This document shows, piece after piece, positions 28,516-38,197 of a DNA stretch of 64,000 nucleotides (the stretch's first letter is position 1; each line of letters begins with the position of its first letter). The position numbers and the translations under genes are program-made. The stretch lies in IMG/VR virus record IMGVR_UViG_3300012920_000027; one strand, 5' to 3'. The notes below the pieces were generated by a model. The model had not been told where the DNA came from and did no database searches. It saw nothing but the letters and a program-made list of their open reading frames with translations. The DNA comes from an uncultured virus (IMG/VR IMGVR_UViG_3300012920_000027). Lineage: Duplodnaviria > Heunggongvirae > Uroviricota > Caudoviricetes.

Positions 28516-29136
28516 TCATTGTTCGAGCCAGTGGTGTAGGTGATGGTGTTTCCGGAGTTCGTCTTGCGTCCATTCTTCCCAGCATAAGCCGGCACCGATG
28601 GACAACACCTTGACTTCCTGGCCTTCAATCGTAATCGTGGCCATGTCTTCAAGGCTCCTGGACCATTCATCTTCGACCGTTCCATCGTGGGTCTCGACCC
28701 ATCGGAAGGTTCCATCCTCCCAACTTACATCGTATCCGTAGTCTCCCTCTATTGCGTTGAAGTACTCGCATACGGCATCAAGTTGGTCAAGCGGGAAGCT
28801 GGGCGTTGCCCATCCGTTCCATCGGTCAGCGCCATTCTTTTCTGTTCCCAGGAGGTATCCGTAGGCAACAGGTCGATCGCTGAAACCGATGGGGACAAGT
28901 CGATAGCCCCCGAAGTTGGTTTCAATGTAGTCGATGGCTGATGCCCAGATCTTCGTACGGAATACGATGGCTGAATCTCTCAAGCGACAGGCAAAGCCGC
29001 CACCGGCTGGAAACGCCTTGGTGGTGCCTTGTTTGTCTTTCCTCAATTCGCGAGGGATTCGGTCAAAGCTCTCATCCCAATTGACGGCTAGTGTGTCTGT
29101 GCTGTACAGGTTTCCTGTTTTCGTAACAAGGTACAT
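28516..29136 (-). CDS. Hypothetical protein (array)
   Basis: Motif-linked ATG; contains WNGWATPSF. Confidence 0.75.
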   Translation of the reverse strand: MYLVTKTGNLYSTDTLAVNWDESFDRIPRELRKDKQGTTKAFPAGGGFACRLRDSAIVFRTKIWASAIDYIETNFGGYRLVPIGFSDRPVAYGYLLGTEKNGADRWNGWATPSFPLDQLDAVCEYFNAIEGDYGYDVSWEDGTFRWVETHDGTVEDEWSRSLEDMATITIEGQEVKVLSIGAGLCWEEWTQDELRKHHHLHHWLEQ

Positions 29137-29143
29137 GAGCGGT

Positions 29144-29389
29144 TCAAACCTCTGCCACCCAGGGCGGCCAATCTTTGTTCGTGAAGTACAGTTCACGGTC
29201 AAAGTAGCCACATCCGAGTTCCACTTGCATCACATTCGCGTCTCCAACGATTTCTTCAACAGTGATCGTTGCTCCGGATTGCTGTTTCCACTTGGCCCAC
29301 ATTTGTCCCAGTAGGTCAAGGGCGTGTTGTTCTGTTTCCCCGTAGGCTTCGAGTTCGTAGTTTCTGGTTTCAGTCCAGGCTTTCCACAT
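29144..29389 (-). CDS. Hypothetical protein (array)
   Basis: Motif-linked ATG. Confidence 0.75.
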   Translation of the reverse strand: MWKAWTETRNYELEAYGETEQHALDLLGQMWAKWKQQSGATITVEEIVGDANVMQVELGCGYFDRELYFTNKDWPPWVAEV

Positions 29390-29397
29390 GAGCGGTT

Positions 29398-29709
29398 TCA
29401 ACCCCATTCTTCAGGGTTCTTGTAGCCACAAGCCTTCAAGGCCTCTGCCAAGCCTTCTCTCGTGAAGACGAAGTGCCCCAGTCTGGGGGCAGGTTGGCCA
29501 TGGGGGCCATCGTCACCGAAAACCGTCAGTACCATGTCTTTGTACTGAATTGAAGCTGTTTCGCCAGACATTCCAGCGAATTCCCAGTAATAAGTGTCGC
29601 CCCAATAGTACTTGTTGGGAAACATTGGTAAGATCAGTTGGCTAACAATTGCTTTCAAGCATGAGTCATCTTGATGTTCTATCATCGAGTATGCTGTTTT
29701 CTCTGTCAT
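29398..29709 (-). CDS. Hypothetical protein (array)
   Basis: Motif-linked ATG. Confidence 0.75.
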   Translation of the reverse strand: MTEKTAYSMIEHQDDSCLKAIVSQLILPMFPNKYYWGDTYYWEFAGMSGETASIQYKDMVLTVFGDDGPHGQPAPRLGHFVFTREGLAEALKACGYKNPEEWG

Positions 29710-29716
29710 GAGCGGT

Positions 29717-30844
29717 TCAGGCGATCACCGGAGGTTCGTGGTGGAAGTTGAGGAATTCTTCTGCCGGCGACGATCCTGTTCGAGTCTCGTAGGCCTTCTG
29801 CAGTATTTTCCTGTTCTGGCTGTGGTGATAGCCAGTACTGTTCCATTGTCCGGTGATGTGCTTGTGCAGGGCATCGGGGTCGTCGGCGAGTTCACCGAGC
29901 GTTTGTGCATCACGGTCGAGCTCCCAGATGTTGTGGAGACCTCGTGCCGAGGTGCCGATGGCCTTGTCTGCGCTGAGGGCAGCAAGCATTTCATCGAAGG
30001 TGTAGCCGTTCGCCTTTCCGAAAGGGTAGGTGTCCTCGTCGTGGATTGACCGGAGGTGGGCTTGAGCCCATTCCTTGTCGGTCGTCGACGACGAACCTAC
30101 TCTGATGAAGCGACCAAGGTCTGCTGCCATCAGCTTGCGGGTCATGGCGTTTAGGCGCCAACTGGTTGCATCAACACATTCAGCGCCCAGCATGGTGGCG
30201 ATCTTAGCGGCGTTCATGCCGCCGGCACCAAGAAGGAAGAATTGCTTGTCTTGGGCAAGGAGTCCTTCACTCGTTTCGATAATCACTTGCCACAAGTCCT
30301 CTTTGCGAACGAGGTCGTGGCTTGAGGCATTCTTCGCTGCCCCGATGCGCGACATCACTCGTTGGGTGGATTGGGCAAGGTTTGATCCAAAGCCCACCAT
30401 TCCATCGGTGTTGTAGTTGGTCAAGTGGTCGAGAGCTTCCGTCGCATTCCGTCCGTGAATCACGGGAATGGTCTGCGGGATGGCTGCACTCATCTCATTG
30501 AACCAGGAGCAACTCGTCTGTTGACGGGTCGCAACCTCCTGGGCGCTGAGGTTCGAGAACCTGGGCACAGGAAAGTCGGCTGCGATGATGATGTCGTCTT
30601 TGTTCACTCCGATGCGGTGGTGGCTCTCAATGAGCTCATTCACATCGAATCCGACGGCTGCTTCAGGGTTCTGAAGAAAGTGGAAGCCACCCGAGTCCTT
30701 TGCGACACGGTTCTTGGTCAGCTTCGTGCTGTACCCATCTTCGAGCTTCTCGTCCACGGTGATCAGGATGGTGTCCGTTTGGTTACGGATGTCCATCGGG
30801 CGTCTGCCAATCAGGCAGGCGGTCTCACTGGTGTAATTGTCCAT
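29717..30844 (-). CDS. tRNA-guanine transglycosylase-fold protein (DpdA-like candidate)
   Basis: KDSGGFHF, AADFP, IPVIHG, VGFGS, FLLGAG and GAECVDATSW in TGT motif order. Confidence 0.75.
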   Translation of the reverse strand: MDNYTSETACLIGRRPMDIRNQTDTILITVDEKLEDGYSTKLTKNRVAKDSGGFHFLQNPEAAVGFDVNELIESHHRIGVNKDDIIIAADFPVPRFSNLSAQEVATRQQTSCSWFNEMSAAIPQTIPVIHGRNATEALDHLTNYNTDGMVGFGSNLAQSTQRVMSRIGAAKNASSHDLVRKEDLWQVIIETSEGLLAQDKQFFLLGAGGMNAAKIATMLGAECVDATSWRLNAMTRKLMAADLGRFIRVGSSSTTDKEWAQAHLRSIHDEDTYPFGKANGYTFDEMLAALSADKAIGTSARGLHNIWELDRDAQTLGELADDPDALHKHITGQWNSTGYHHSQNRKILQKAYETRTGSSPAEEFLNFHHEPPVIA

Positions 30845-30853
30845 GAGCGGTGT

Positions 30854-31099
30854 TCAGCCTTTTCTTTCGAAGTAGGCCTCAGCATCTTTGATGATGCAAT
30901 GGTTACATTGGGGCATGCATTCACAACTGTACTGGCAGTCACATTGGACCAGTCCCTTGTACGGTAAATTGAGGACATGGAGCGTCCAGTCCTTTGCTTC
31001 CCTATCTTCGCCACAATCCACACATCCAAGTTCTTCGCCGATCATCTCGACGGCTTGTTCTATGAATTTCTTCCTTTTGTACATTGGAACTCCTGGCAT
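30854..31099 (-). CDS. Cys-rich hypothetical protein (array)
   Basis: Motif-linked ATG; several CxxC/CxC pairs. Confidence 0.7.
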   Translation of the reverse strand: MPGVPMYKRKKFIEQAVEMIGEELGCVDCGEDREAKDWTLHVLNLPYKGLVQCDCQYSCECMPQCNHCIIKDAEAYFERKG

Positions 31100-31106
31100 G
31101 AGCGGT

Positions 31107-31382
31107 TCATTGAGGCATAACCAGATACCAATCGCACCCGACCACATGTGCCATACTGAACAGATGCCCGTAGCCCGGCTCACGCCAGTCTTTCGGGTGT
31201 TCTGGATCGTTGGCCAACATGCGGTACCAGGCATCAAATCGCGCCCAGCTTGATTGGGTGATTCTTGGCAGATCGTCATGCGGGTATTCCGTTTCAAGCT
31301 TGCACGCTGAATTGACGGTCAAGCCGGCTGCTCCCATTCTCGCCTTGATGGCGATGTAGAGGTCTTCTTTGGTAGGTAGCAT
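31107..31382 (-). CDS. Hypothetical protein (array)
   Basis: Motif-linked ATG. Confidence 0.75.
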   Translation of the reverse strand: MLPTKEDLYIAIKARMGAAGLTVNSACKLETEYPHDDLPRITQSSWARFDAWYRMLANDPEHPKDWREPGYGHLFSMAHVVGCDWYLVMPQ

Positions 31383-31389
31383 GAGCGGT

Positions 31390-31695
31390 TCAGTCGTCGA
31401 GGAGACTTGTCTCGAACTCGACGCGACACCATGCCTCCATGATGTACTGGAGGGTCTGGATGATTTCCTTTTCAGTCATTTCCTTGAAGACGATTTTCGT
31501 CGGGGACTCTTTGTACGGCCCCCAAGGGCCACCAAGGGTCACCTGTTCGATGTCTTCATTCATCCAAGGTCCAGACTGATATGTGGCTTCTTCACCATTT
31601 TCCTCAGCAATCCATCGTAGTGGCGATGGGTCGCCGAGGTTGCTGTTCGGCACAATGCTGAAGGTGTACTTTTTTTGTTCAACAAAAACGGTCAT
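31390..31695 (-). CDS. Hypothetical protein (array)
   Basis: Motif-linked ATG. Confidence 0.75.
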   Translation of the reverse strand: MTVFVEQKKYTFSIVPNSNLGDPSPLRWIAEENGEEATYQSGPWMNEDIEQVTLGGPWGPYKESPTKIVFKEMTEKEIIQTLQYIMEAWCRVEFETSLLDD

Positions 31696-31713
31696 GAGCG
31701 GTTTGGCGTCAGG

Positions 31714-32277
31714 TCATCGCTTGGGCAGGTGGTCGGGGTAGTAGTTCACCCAATTGAAAAGTTGGAATAACAACGATTCCTCAAGGCGAGCCCTTACGAT
31801 TGGTTTGTCGTGAAAAATTGGAATGAACTCCATCCCCAGTTCGTACACCTTATCTGTTGTCCACTTTTGGGACTTCCAAAACGGTAGAGACGCTGCACAT
31901 GATCGTGAGCCATTGGGGCGCATGAATTCGTAACCGACGGTCAGCATTCCGTTTGAATAGTACGAGCCCCAAACTCTGAGGCTGTGCTTGCCTTGTTTGA
32001 GTTCAAAAATCTGGAGCTCTTCCTCTTTCGCAAAAATGCCACTACCGATTATGTCCGTACCTTGCTCCATCTCATATGCTTTGATGGCATCTGTCCAGGC
32101 ATCTTGGATCAATCTCCTTCCTTGGCTGTCCCCTTTGTAGGGGACGCCCAAGTATTCGTGGAACTCTGCGCATGTTTCCTGGCGAAGCCAGCTTTGGATT
32201 GCTGCTTCTTGGAGTTCAGCTGTGTTTTCTACGGGTATTTTCGGCTTTGGCCACCCGTTTGCTTCGTGCCATTCCAT
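31714..32277 (-). CDS. Hypothetical protein (array)
   Basis: Motif-linked ATG. Confidence 0.75.
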   Translation of the reverse strand: MEWHEANGWPKPKIPVENTAELQEAAIQSWLRQETCAEFHEYLGVPYKGDSQGRRLIQDAWTDAIKAYEMEQGTDIIGSGIFAKEEELQIFELKQGKHSLRVWGSYYSNGMLTVGYEFMRPNGSRSCAASLPFWKSQKWTTDKVYELGMEFIPIFHDKPIVRARLEESLLFQLFNWVNYYPDHLPKR

Positions 32278-32284
32278 GAGCGGT

Positions 32285-32596
32285 TCATTCGCACAATGGG
32301 CAATCCATTGGTGCGCACGGATCATCAGGATGTTCGGGGCAATACCACCACAATCCAAAGTCTCCGTCTTCAAAGGCGAAGGCTGTGTTGTCCGGTATCT
32401 CCAGGTTTTCGTTGAGCCAAGCAATCGCTTCGTCCGCCATTTCAGGTAGATGGTCTTCATTGATTCCGTTGCCTGGGCCCCAGTCTTCAACCTTGTAACC
32501 TACTTCTTCAGCAAATTCCAGCACCCGTAGCATGTTGTACTCGGCACCGTAAGCTCCATCGAAGTGGCATCCCACATTTTCCAGTGTGAATTTCAT
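32285..32596 (-). CDS. Hypothetical acidic protein (array)
   Basis: Motif-linked ATG. Confidence 0.75.
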   Translation of the reverse strand: MKFTLENVGCHFDGAYGAEYNMLRVLEFAEEVGYKVEDWGPGNGINEDHLPEMADEAIAWLNENLEIPDNTAFAFEDGDFGLWWYCPEHPDDPCAPMDCPLCE

Positions 32597-32603
32597 GAGC
32601 GGT

Positions 32604-32843
32604 TCATTCGTCAGTGACTCGACCCATCAGGGAGTCAAAGTTCCATCCGCAAATGGTTGCGAATACCCTGTTGATCTGGCGTCTTGTGCGGGGCGTGTAA
32701 TCATCCCACTCAAGAGCGAGATTATTGATTGCCCTCACAGCGTCTGGATCCTTTTCGTCCAGGACCGCTTCGACGAATTCATTCCATAGGCCGGTCCACC
32801 AAACATCATTGTCGATGGTTTCAATCAGCTTCTGTCGTTCCAT
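32604..32843 (-). CDS. Hypothetical protein (array)
   Basis: Motif-linked ATG. Confidence 0.75.
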   Translation of the reverse strand: MERQKLIETIDNDVWWTGLWNEFVEAVLDEKDPDAVRAINNLALEWDDYTPRTRRQINRVFATICGWNFDSLMGRVTDE

Positions 32844-32850
32844 GAGCGGT

Positions 32851-33129
32851 TCAATCGGCAAATTGCTCGATTGTCGGGAATTCCCAAGTGCCATCATCGA
32901 TCCATTCGTTGGCCACGATGAGGAAGTCATCGTAGGTACGACCTTGGTCAAATAGATCACCGAACTGATTGATTAGCTTCCATGCGTGCATGATATTGAG
33001 CTTCAGTTCTTCCCACTCACCTTTCGTCGAGTAGCACGCTTCAAACGCTGCTTGGATTGTTTCAGCAATGAGTGTTCTCGCTTCATGAAGCGAGTTCTCG
33101 TGCAGTCTTCCGTTCTTCAGGATGGTCAT
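32851..33129 (-). CDS. Hypothetical protein (array)
   Basis: Motif-linked ATG. Confidence 0.75.
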   Translation of the reverse strand: MTILKNGRLHENSLHEARTLIAETIQAAFEACYSTKGEWEELKLNIMHAWKLINQFGDLFDQGRTYDDFLIVANEWIDDGTWEFPTIEQFAD

Positions 33130-33136
33130 GAGCGGT

Positions 33137-33403
33137 TCAGCTGTGATACCACAGTCGTATTCGGATGTGATCTTCATCAGAGTCAAACGGGACGAGGAAG
33201 ATTCGGGTAATGTCGACCTTCTTTCTCACTCGAGTCTTTCCCTTCGCAGGGTAAATCTCAGATTTACCTTCGATGATGTCCTCGACGATCCACTTCTTGT
33301 AGCGCTTGGGCATATGTAGCAAGTTGTCGCCGAGGATGTCCTTGACCGTCTTTGCGGTCAACACATCACCGATGTTCATGTCGATTGGTTCAATGCGGGG
33401 CAT
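33137..33403 (-). CDS. Hypothetical protein (array)
   Basis: Motif-linked ATG. Confidence 0.7.
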   Translation of the reverse strand: MPRIEPIDMNIGDVLTAKTVKDILGDNLLHMPKRYKKWIVEDIIEGKSEIYPAKGKTRVRKKVDITRIFLVPFDSDEDHIRIRLWYHS

Positions 33404-33429
33404 GAGCGGTGCTAACGGGTGCAGTCGTT

Positions 33430-34200
33430 TCAGTAGTTCCCAAAGAGCCACATGACGGCCTTCTTTTTCTTGCCAAGGTTGTTCCTGGTGACCTTTGGGC
33501 AGTAGTAGCCTTCATCGTTAGTCCAGTCTTCGTAGAACATTGGCTCAGGCGCATCTTTGCATGTGCAACCTGGACCGTCAATGTCCATGAACTCCATCCA
33601 TGGTTTGTTGAAGGTAAAATCCTCCTTGGCCAATTCAACGAGCTCTTCGTACATGTACTCCATCAATGCGCCACTGTCTGCCATCGCCCATTGACGGGCG
33701 ATTTCAATCCAGGGCTCCCAAGAGCCGAGGTCCTCGTAGTACTCCTTGATCAATTCAGGCCAGCCCGATTCATCGGGCGCAAGTCCTCTTGACCATTGGT
33801 AGCGGATCACTCCGGCCATTGCGTCGATAGCGTCTTCCATGAGGTTGTTCGCTTTCTCCATGATGTATCGTTCGGTCACCTCGGGTGATTTCCAATCTTC
33901 ATTCCACAGTACGATGTTGCTGTGATGGGTTTGTCCATCACACCAAGGGCACTTGCAGGTAAGGTTGAATTCGAGGCCGTGGGGTCCGTCGTTGTCGGCA
34001 TCCCATTCAGATTGACTGAACGAGTGTACAGAGAGTTGGGAGACTGGGAGTCGTAGATCGTACTCGTTGTGAGCACATTCCGGGCCAACCCCGAGGTAAA
34101 TCGAGATTGGATCGGTCAGCTTGCGACTGCAAACCCGACATTTCGTAGGTTCGTGTTCGGACAACAGAAAGTTGTCCACCAAAGCGTCGAGTAGCTCCAT
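33430..34200 (-). CDS. DUF6011-like Zn-finger protein (array)
   Basis: CRVCSRKLTDPISIYLGVGPEC; motif-linked ATG. Confidence 0.7.
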   Translation of the reverse strand: MELLDALVDNFLLSEHEPTKCRVCSRKLTDPISIYLGVGPECAHNEYDLRLPVSQLSVHSFSQSEWDADNDGPHGLEFNLTCKCPWCDGQTHHSNIVLWNEDWKSPEVTERYIMEKANNLMEDAIDAMAGVIRYQWSRGLAPDESGWPELIKEYYEDLGSWEPWIEIARQWAMADSGALMEYMYEELVELAKEDFTFNKPWMEFMDIDGPGCTCKDAPEPMFYEDWTNDEGYYCPKVTRNNLGKKKKAVMWLFGNY

Positions 34201-34207
34201 GAGCGGT

Positions 34208-34420
34208 TCATTCGTAGTTGAAGGAATCAAGGTACCTATCTTGAATGATCGTAGAGACCTCAGTCACGGCTTCCTCAATTTTCTTCGCGCCGAGTGTGCT
34301 GTATTCTCCCCAGGTCAGGCGCATTGACTTGTCTTGTCGCCATGTTTCACACAGCAAATCTGCTGCCATTTGCCAGCAATACTTCACTAGATTCCGGTAG
34401 ATTTTCTCATCAGGGGTCAT
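34208..34420 (-). CDS. Hypothetical protein (array)
   Basis: Motif-linked ATG. Confidence 0.75.
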   Translation of the reverse strand: MTPDEKIYRNLVKYCWQMAADLLCETWRQDKSMRLTWGEYSTLGAKKIEEAVTEVSTIIQDRYLDSFNYE

Positions 34421-34427
34421 GAGCGGT

Positions 34428-34730
34428 TCATTCATCGGTCAGTTCCGTCGGTAAGACGCGCCCTTCAAGGGGCTCGACCATGATTCTGAAACCCCTGCGC
34501 TTGATGGTTGCATTCCATTGCAGTTCGGGGTTCAAGAGGTGCGGTGCCTTCTTTCCAAGGGTCACCTCGATAGCTCGGTAGGCGATTTCCCTGATCGTAG
34601 CTTCATTCAGACTTTCCTTGCCGTCGACCATGTCTCTGCATGTGTCCCAGATGTAGGAATGAATCTTCCTGAATAGGTCCCGGGCTTGGCGGTCGTTCAG
34701 TCTCATCGGATTGGTGATGTCGATGTCCAT
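34428..34730 (-). CDS. Hypothetical protein (array)
   Basis: Motif-linked ATG. Confidence 0.75.
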   Translation of the reverse strand: MDIDITNPMRLNDRQARDLFRKIHSYIWDTCRDMVDGKESLNEATIREIAYRAIEVTLGKKAPHLLNPELQWNATIKRRGFRIMVEPLEGRVLPTELTDE

Positions 34731-34737
34731 GAGCGGT

Positions 34738-35151
34738 TCAACCGTGGGCTTCACGGCATTCTTGGTAGTTGAATGTAGGCCTGTAGATGCAGTTTGGATT
34801 CAAGTGATGGACAGTCTTGATGCCATCATCATCTGTTGTGATGAGGCCGAGAGTCCATTTGCCATTGCTGAGGAGCTTCGTGTGGTGGGCGCTGTCGAAA
34901 TGCTTGTAGAAATCAGCATACGACAAGTGCATGTGGGATTTGTACTTGCCCACAATCTTTTGGCATTCGCCTTCCTCAAGGTCTTCAGTCAAATCCAAAC
35001 CTCGTTGATCAAGCCACCGTAGTAGCGATGAGCGATAGCGAAAAGCCGTGTGGCTTGTGGCACCGTCGGTCACGGTGAACTTGTAGCCAATCAGCTTTTG
35101 TCTCTCTTCATCCAAATGGCAGACTCGGAGGCTTGCGAATTCTCGTTGCAT
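34738..35151 (-). CDS. Hypothetical protein (array)
   Basis: Motif-linked ATG. Confidence 0.75.
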   Translation of the reverse strand: MQREFASLRVCHLDEERQKLIGYKFTVTDGATSHTAFRYRSSLLRWLDQRGLDLTEDLEEGECQKIVGKYKSHMHLSYADFYKHFDSAHHTKLLSNGKWTLGLITTDDDGIKTVHHLNPNCIYRPTFNYQECREAHG

Positions 35152-35158
35152 GAGCGGT

Positions 35159-35410
35159 TCAGAGTTTCCACGGGTCGAGTTTGTACCCGTCCTTTCCGAC
35201 GCTTGAATAATGAACATCAGCGTTTGATCCCCAGTATGAAGGCTTGTCGTCAATGACGATCTTCTTTCTGACTGGGTATTCAGGCTGGTTTTCTCGGTAG
35301 AGTTGCATTGTTGCATTCGCTGATTCAGCACATGGTTCAGAGCAAACGGTTTCCCAACCGTGCCGAGCTCCAGTGTAGATTTGAATCTCGTAATAGCGTT
35401 CTCGTGGCAT
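35159..35410 (-). CDS. Hypothetical protein (array)
   Basis: Motif-linked ATG. Confidence 0.75.
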   Translation of the reverse strand: MPRERYYEIQIYTGARHGWETVCSEPCAESANATMQLYRENQPEYPVRKKIVIDDKPSYWGSNADVHYSSVGKDGYKLDPWKL

Positions 35411-35416
35411 GAGCGG

Positions 35417-35509
35417 TCAGTCCTCGAGGACCAAGACGATTTCGTAAATCTCACCGTCCTCATCACAGTAGGCCACTACGGGCGTTGCTTCTCCGTGTCG
35501 TGTTTGCAT
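35417..35509 (-). CDS. 30-aa micro-protein (array)
   Basis: MQTRHGEATPVVAYCDEDGEIYEIVLVLED; motif ATG to motif TGA. Confidence 0.65.
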   Translation of the reverse strand: MQTRHGEATPVVAYCDEDGEIYEIVLVLED

Positions 35510-35516
35510 GAGCGGT

Positions 35517-35711
35517 TCAGCATGAATGGAAGGTCTTGCCGTTGTCGTCGAGCCAATCAATTTCAACTCGCACGGATAGCAGGGTTCCTTCCGCAAGGTG
35601 GCTGACTCTTTCTTCGATCCAAGCGAGGAACTCTTCCTTCGTAATCAAGTCTGTTCCGTCGCCAAACGATAGTCGCGTGCGGCGGCGACGGGGTTCTGTG
35701 TCTGTGGGCAT
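35517..35711 (-). CDS. Hypothetical protein (array)
   Basis: Motif-linked ATG. Confidence 0.7.
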   Translation of the reverse strand: MPTDTEPRRRRTRLSFGDGTDLITKEEFLAWIEERVSHLAEGTLLSVRVEIDWLDDNGKTFHSC

Positions 35712-35718
35712 GAGCGGT

Positions 35719-36156
35719 TCATTCTTCTTCGAGCCTGTCGGCCCAGTACCACGCCAGGAAGTTCTCCGATTGCGTGGCCCATTCTACGACGAATTGAGCA
35801 AATGGCCCCATCATACGGTGTAGGCGATAGTCGCCACGGCCGTAGGCCGGGTAGAATACTTGTTCTCCGAAGTGATGCACGATTTCAGGCGGTAGGCGGC
35901 GGTAAGCTCGCGCGAACCTGATTTTCGCTGCGCGGATCACATTGGTACCTCGAATTCCATTCGGAATCATTCCGAGAAGCTCAACGAGGTAACGCTCTTG
36001 GATTCCTTCCCCTGGGAGCATGTACGGTTCGAGATGGGGTTCTTCAAGTGAATTCATGGCGATTGCTGTCATGAGCGCAAGCGCATCGTGGTGCGCTGCA
36101 TTCTGCCTCCAATCCGCCGTGAGGTCATCCATCATGTTGTAGATGTCTTGTCGCAT
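35719..36156 (-). CDS. Hypothetical protein (array)
   Basis: Motif-linked ATG. Confidence 0.75.
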   Translation of the reverse strand: MRQDIYNMMDDLTADWRQNAAHHDALALMTAIAMNSLEEPHLEPYMLPGEGIQERYLVELLGMIPNGIRGTNVIRAAKIRFARAYRRLPPEIVHHFGEQVFYPAYGRGDYRLHRMMGPFAQFVVEWATQSENFLAWYWADRLEEE

Positions 36157-36163
36157 GAGCGGT

Positions 36164-37108
36164 TCAGACTGGTCCTGTGGAGTCGCCATACGCTCCTGCT
36201 GGAGCCTTCCATGGTTGCGAGCCTTTGAACCCAACCTTCAGGTGGAAGTCGCCAAACACGGAATCGTATGGTGTCCCGTCCTCGATGAGTTCAGGGATTG
36301 ATCTGTTTCGTTTGATCGTTGTTCCGAACTCTCGTTCGTACTTGATGATTTCATCCACCATCCAAGGGTACAAGGAATGGGCGCTTGCCCATTGGTCTGC
36401 GTTTCCAAAGATGCAGGTGAAGCATGAAAGCCTCCCCCAGCCACGGTAGTAGGCAGGATGAGGCACAATGTTCCACCGTTCAAGTGAATCCCATACCATC
36501 TTCTCCGTCCATTCAAGGATCGGTCGATGATGGTCCACGATTCGCCCCTTCTTTTCGGAATGACAGCGATGTCGTTCCAACATGGCGTATGTTTTCCGAT
36601 TGGGGCTTTCTTGACCTCGTTCTCCGGTGATCACGAGGGTTCGGCTATCGTTGAATCGTTCCTGGTTGTTGATGGCGATGCTCATCACATCGATCTTAAG
36701 TGCTGCGCTGCACCACCTGGTCCGGAGACTGGCTGAGACTTGAGGGAACTTCATCCGAGTCCCAAGGGGGCCACTCTTGCCGCCAGCAGAACCGACCGAT
36801 CCATCGGGGTTCTGCCATCTGACGGGAGCTGTCCTTTGGTTGTCTCGGAGCATCTCACGCTTGAAACCTCCTTCACGCCAGCTGAAGTACAGCGGGACGC
36901 CAAAGTGTTCAGCGAATCGGATGCAGTAAGGCTCAGTTTCGGGCCAATCCATGAAAGGAGTGCTTCCAGGCTCACCGTCAATGAGGTGGTGCCAAAGCTC
37001 AATCCGTTCACGGTCTGCCCCCTCTTCCAGTAGGTGCAATAAGCAGGCGGTCGAGTCTTTGCCTCCGCTAAAGGCGACAATGATTCGATCGTAACTGTTG
37101 TAGTTCAT
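36164..37108 (-). CDS. PAPS reductase-family (PP-loop) protein
   Basis: VAFSGGKDS, RWCSAALK, GERGQESPNR, RPILEW and HPAY..GWGRLSCFTC motifs. Confidence 0.88.
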   Translation of the reverse strand: MNYNSYDRIIVAFSGGKDSTACLLHLLEEGADRERIELWHHLIDGEPGSTPFMDWPETEPYCIRFAEHFGVPLYFSWREGGFKREMLRDNQRTAPVRWQNPDGSVGSAGGKSGPLGTRMKFPQVSASLRTRWCSAALKIDVMSIAINNQERFNDSRTLVITGERGQESPNRKTYAMLERHRCHSEKKGRIVDHHRPILEWTEKMVWDSLERWNIVPHPAYYRGWGRLSCFTCIFGNADQWASAHSLYPWMVDEIIKYEREFGTTIKRNRSIPELIEDGTPYDSVFGDFHLKVGFKGSQPWKAPAGAYGDSTGPV

Positions 37109-37122
37109 GAGCGGTCTTCAGT

Positions 37123-37281
37123 TCACTTGTTGCGACGCTGAAATCTGTAGTCGTGGGATGTAAATCCCATGGTGTTTTGATGCACATCCTCGCGGGTGTT
37201 GCCGTTCCAGCGCATCTGGTACGGGCTAACAAATCCGTGGCGCTTCCAAGGGCTTCGTCGGGTCAAACCTAGGTTTTTCAT
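37123..37281 (-). CDS. 52-aa basic protein (array)
   Basis: Motif-linked ATG; MKNLGLTRRSPWKRHG... Confidence 0.6.
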   Translation of the reverse strand: MKNLGLTRRSPWKRHGFVSPYQMRWNGNTREDVHQNTMGFTSHDYRFQRRNK

Positions 37282-37289
37282 GAGCGGTA

Positions 37290-37676
37290 TCAGTCCTGCT
37301 GTTGAAATCCAGGAATCTGTGGTTCAATCGGCAGTTCAAGGGTGTATTCTCTGCTCTTGGCGTAGTCGAATGCAAACCGGAAGTCGGTCGTCAATTCGGA
37401 GTATTCGCAAACCCAAAGGACGCCTTCTGAATCGACGATGCTGATTGGGTTACCTTTGTCTTGAAAGGTAATGTCTTCAAGCGTCCAAAAGGGCTTCAAT
37501 GGAGGGCAGGCTCGAGAAAATGAATGCTGGCCAATAAGGCCATCGGGCATTTTCGGGTCTTCTCTTCGTAGCCTGAAGACCAATTGGCCCTGTTTTTGGC
37601 ATTTCAAGAAGGTTTCAGCTGTCTCTTCATCGTAGTCGAATTCTGACCACTTTCCACGGTACTTGTGTCGTGTCAT
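37290..37676 (-). CDS. Hypothetical protein (array)
   Basis: Motif-linked ATG. Confidence 0.75.
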   Translation of the reverse strand: MTRHKYRGKWSEFDYDEETAETFLKCQKQGQLVFRLRREDPKMPDGLIGQHSFSRACPPLKPFWTLEDITFQDKGNPISIVDSEGVLWVCEYSELTTDFRFAFDYAKSREYTLELPIEPQIPGFQQQD

Positions 37677-37683
37677 GAGCGGT

Positions 37684-38190
37684 TTATTCCTTCTTTCTGA
37701 AGGTACGAATTTTGCGGGTTGAGATCCCCACGGATTTTTCCGCAAGTTCCCCCCATTCGGGGCAGGTTGCGCCGTGTTTCAAGTTCATGAGGATGTACGA
37801 ATTGATGTAAGCGAAGTAATTCGTCTGCATCACAAGGTCGTAGAAAGCTTCAGTTCCAGCTTCTTCCACCCAATCCACAATCGGTTGCCATTGTTGTTGA
37901 AGTTTGACTCGATTCTCATCGAGGTATTCCTTGTACATGTCTCTGCCTTTCCATGGACTCGGTCTCCCACAGGGGAGCATGTCTCCATTCTTGGCGGCGG
38001 CTTCTGATTCTTGGATGTCGTTCCATTGCTGGTCAGTGAAACCTGAGGTTTCGTAGTCCAGCCCGTCTGTCCATGTCTTGCCGACAATGATTGCGGCAGC
38101 GGCGTGTCCGATGTGCTTGATTGCACATTCATCACGGTCGCCTGTACGCCAAATCGTGTCCAACAGAGAGGTCATCGTTTCTATGTTCAT
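37684..38190 (-). CDS. Hypothetical protein (array)
   Basis: Motif-linked ATG. Confidence 0.75.
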   Translation of the reverse strand: MNIETMTSLLDTIWRTGDRDECAIKHIGHAAAAIIVGKTWTDGLDYETSGFTDQQWNDIQESEAAAKNGDMLPCGRPSPWKGRDMYKEYLDENRVKLQQQWQPIVDWVEEAGTEAFYDLVMQTNYFAYINSYILMNLKHGATCPEWGELAEKSVGISTRKIRTFRKKE

Positions 38191-38197
38191 GAGCGGG

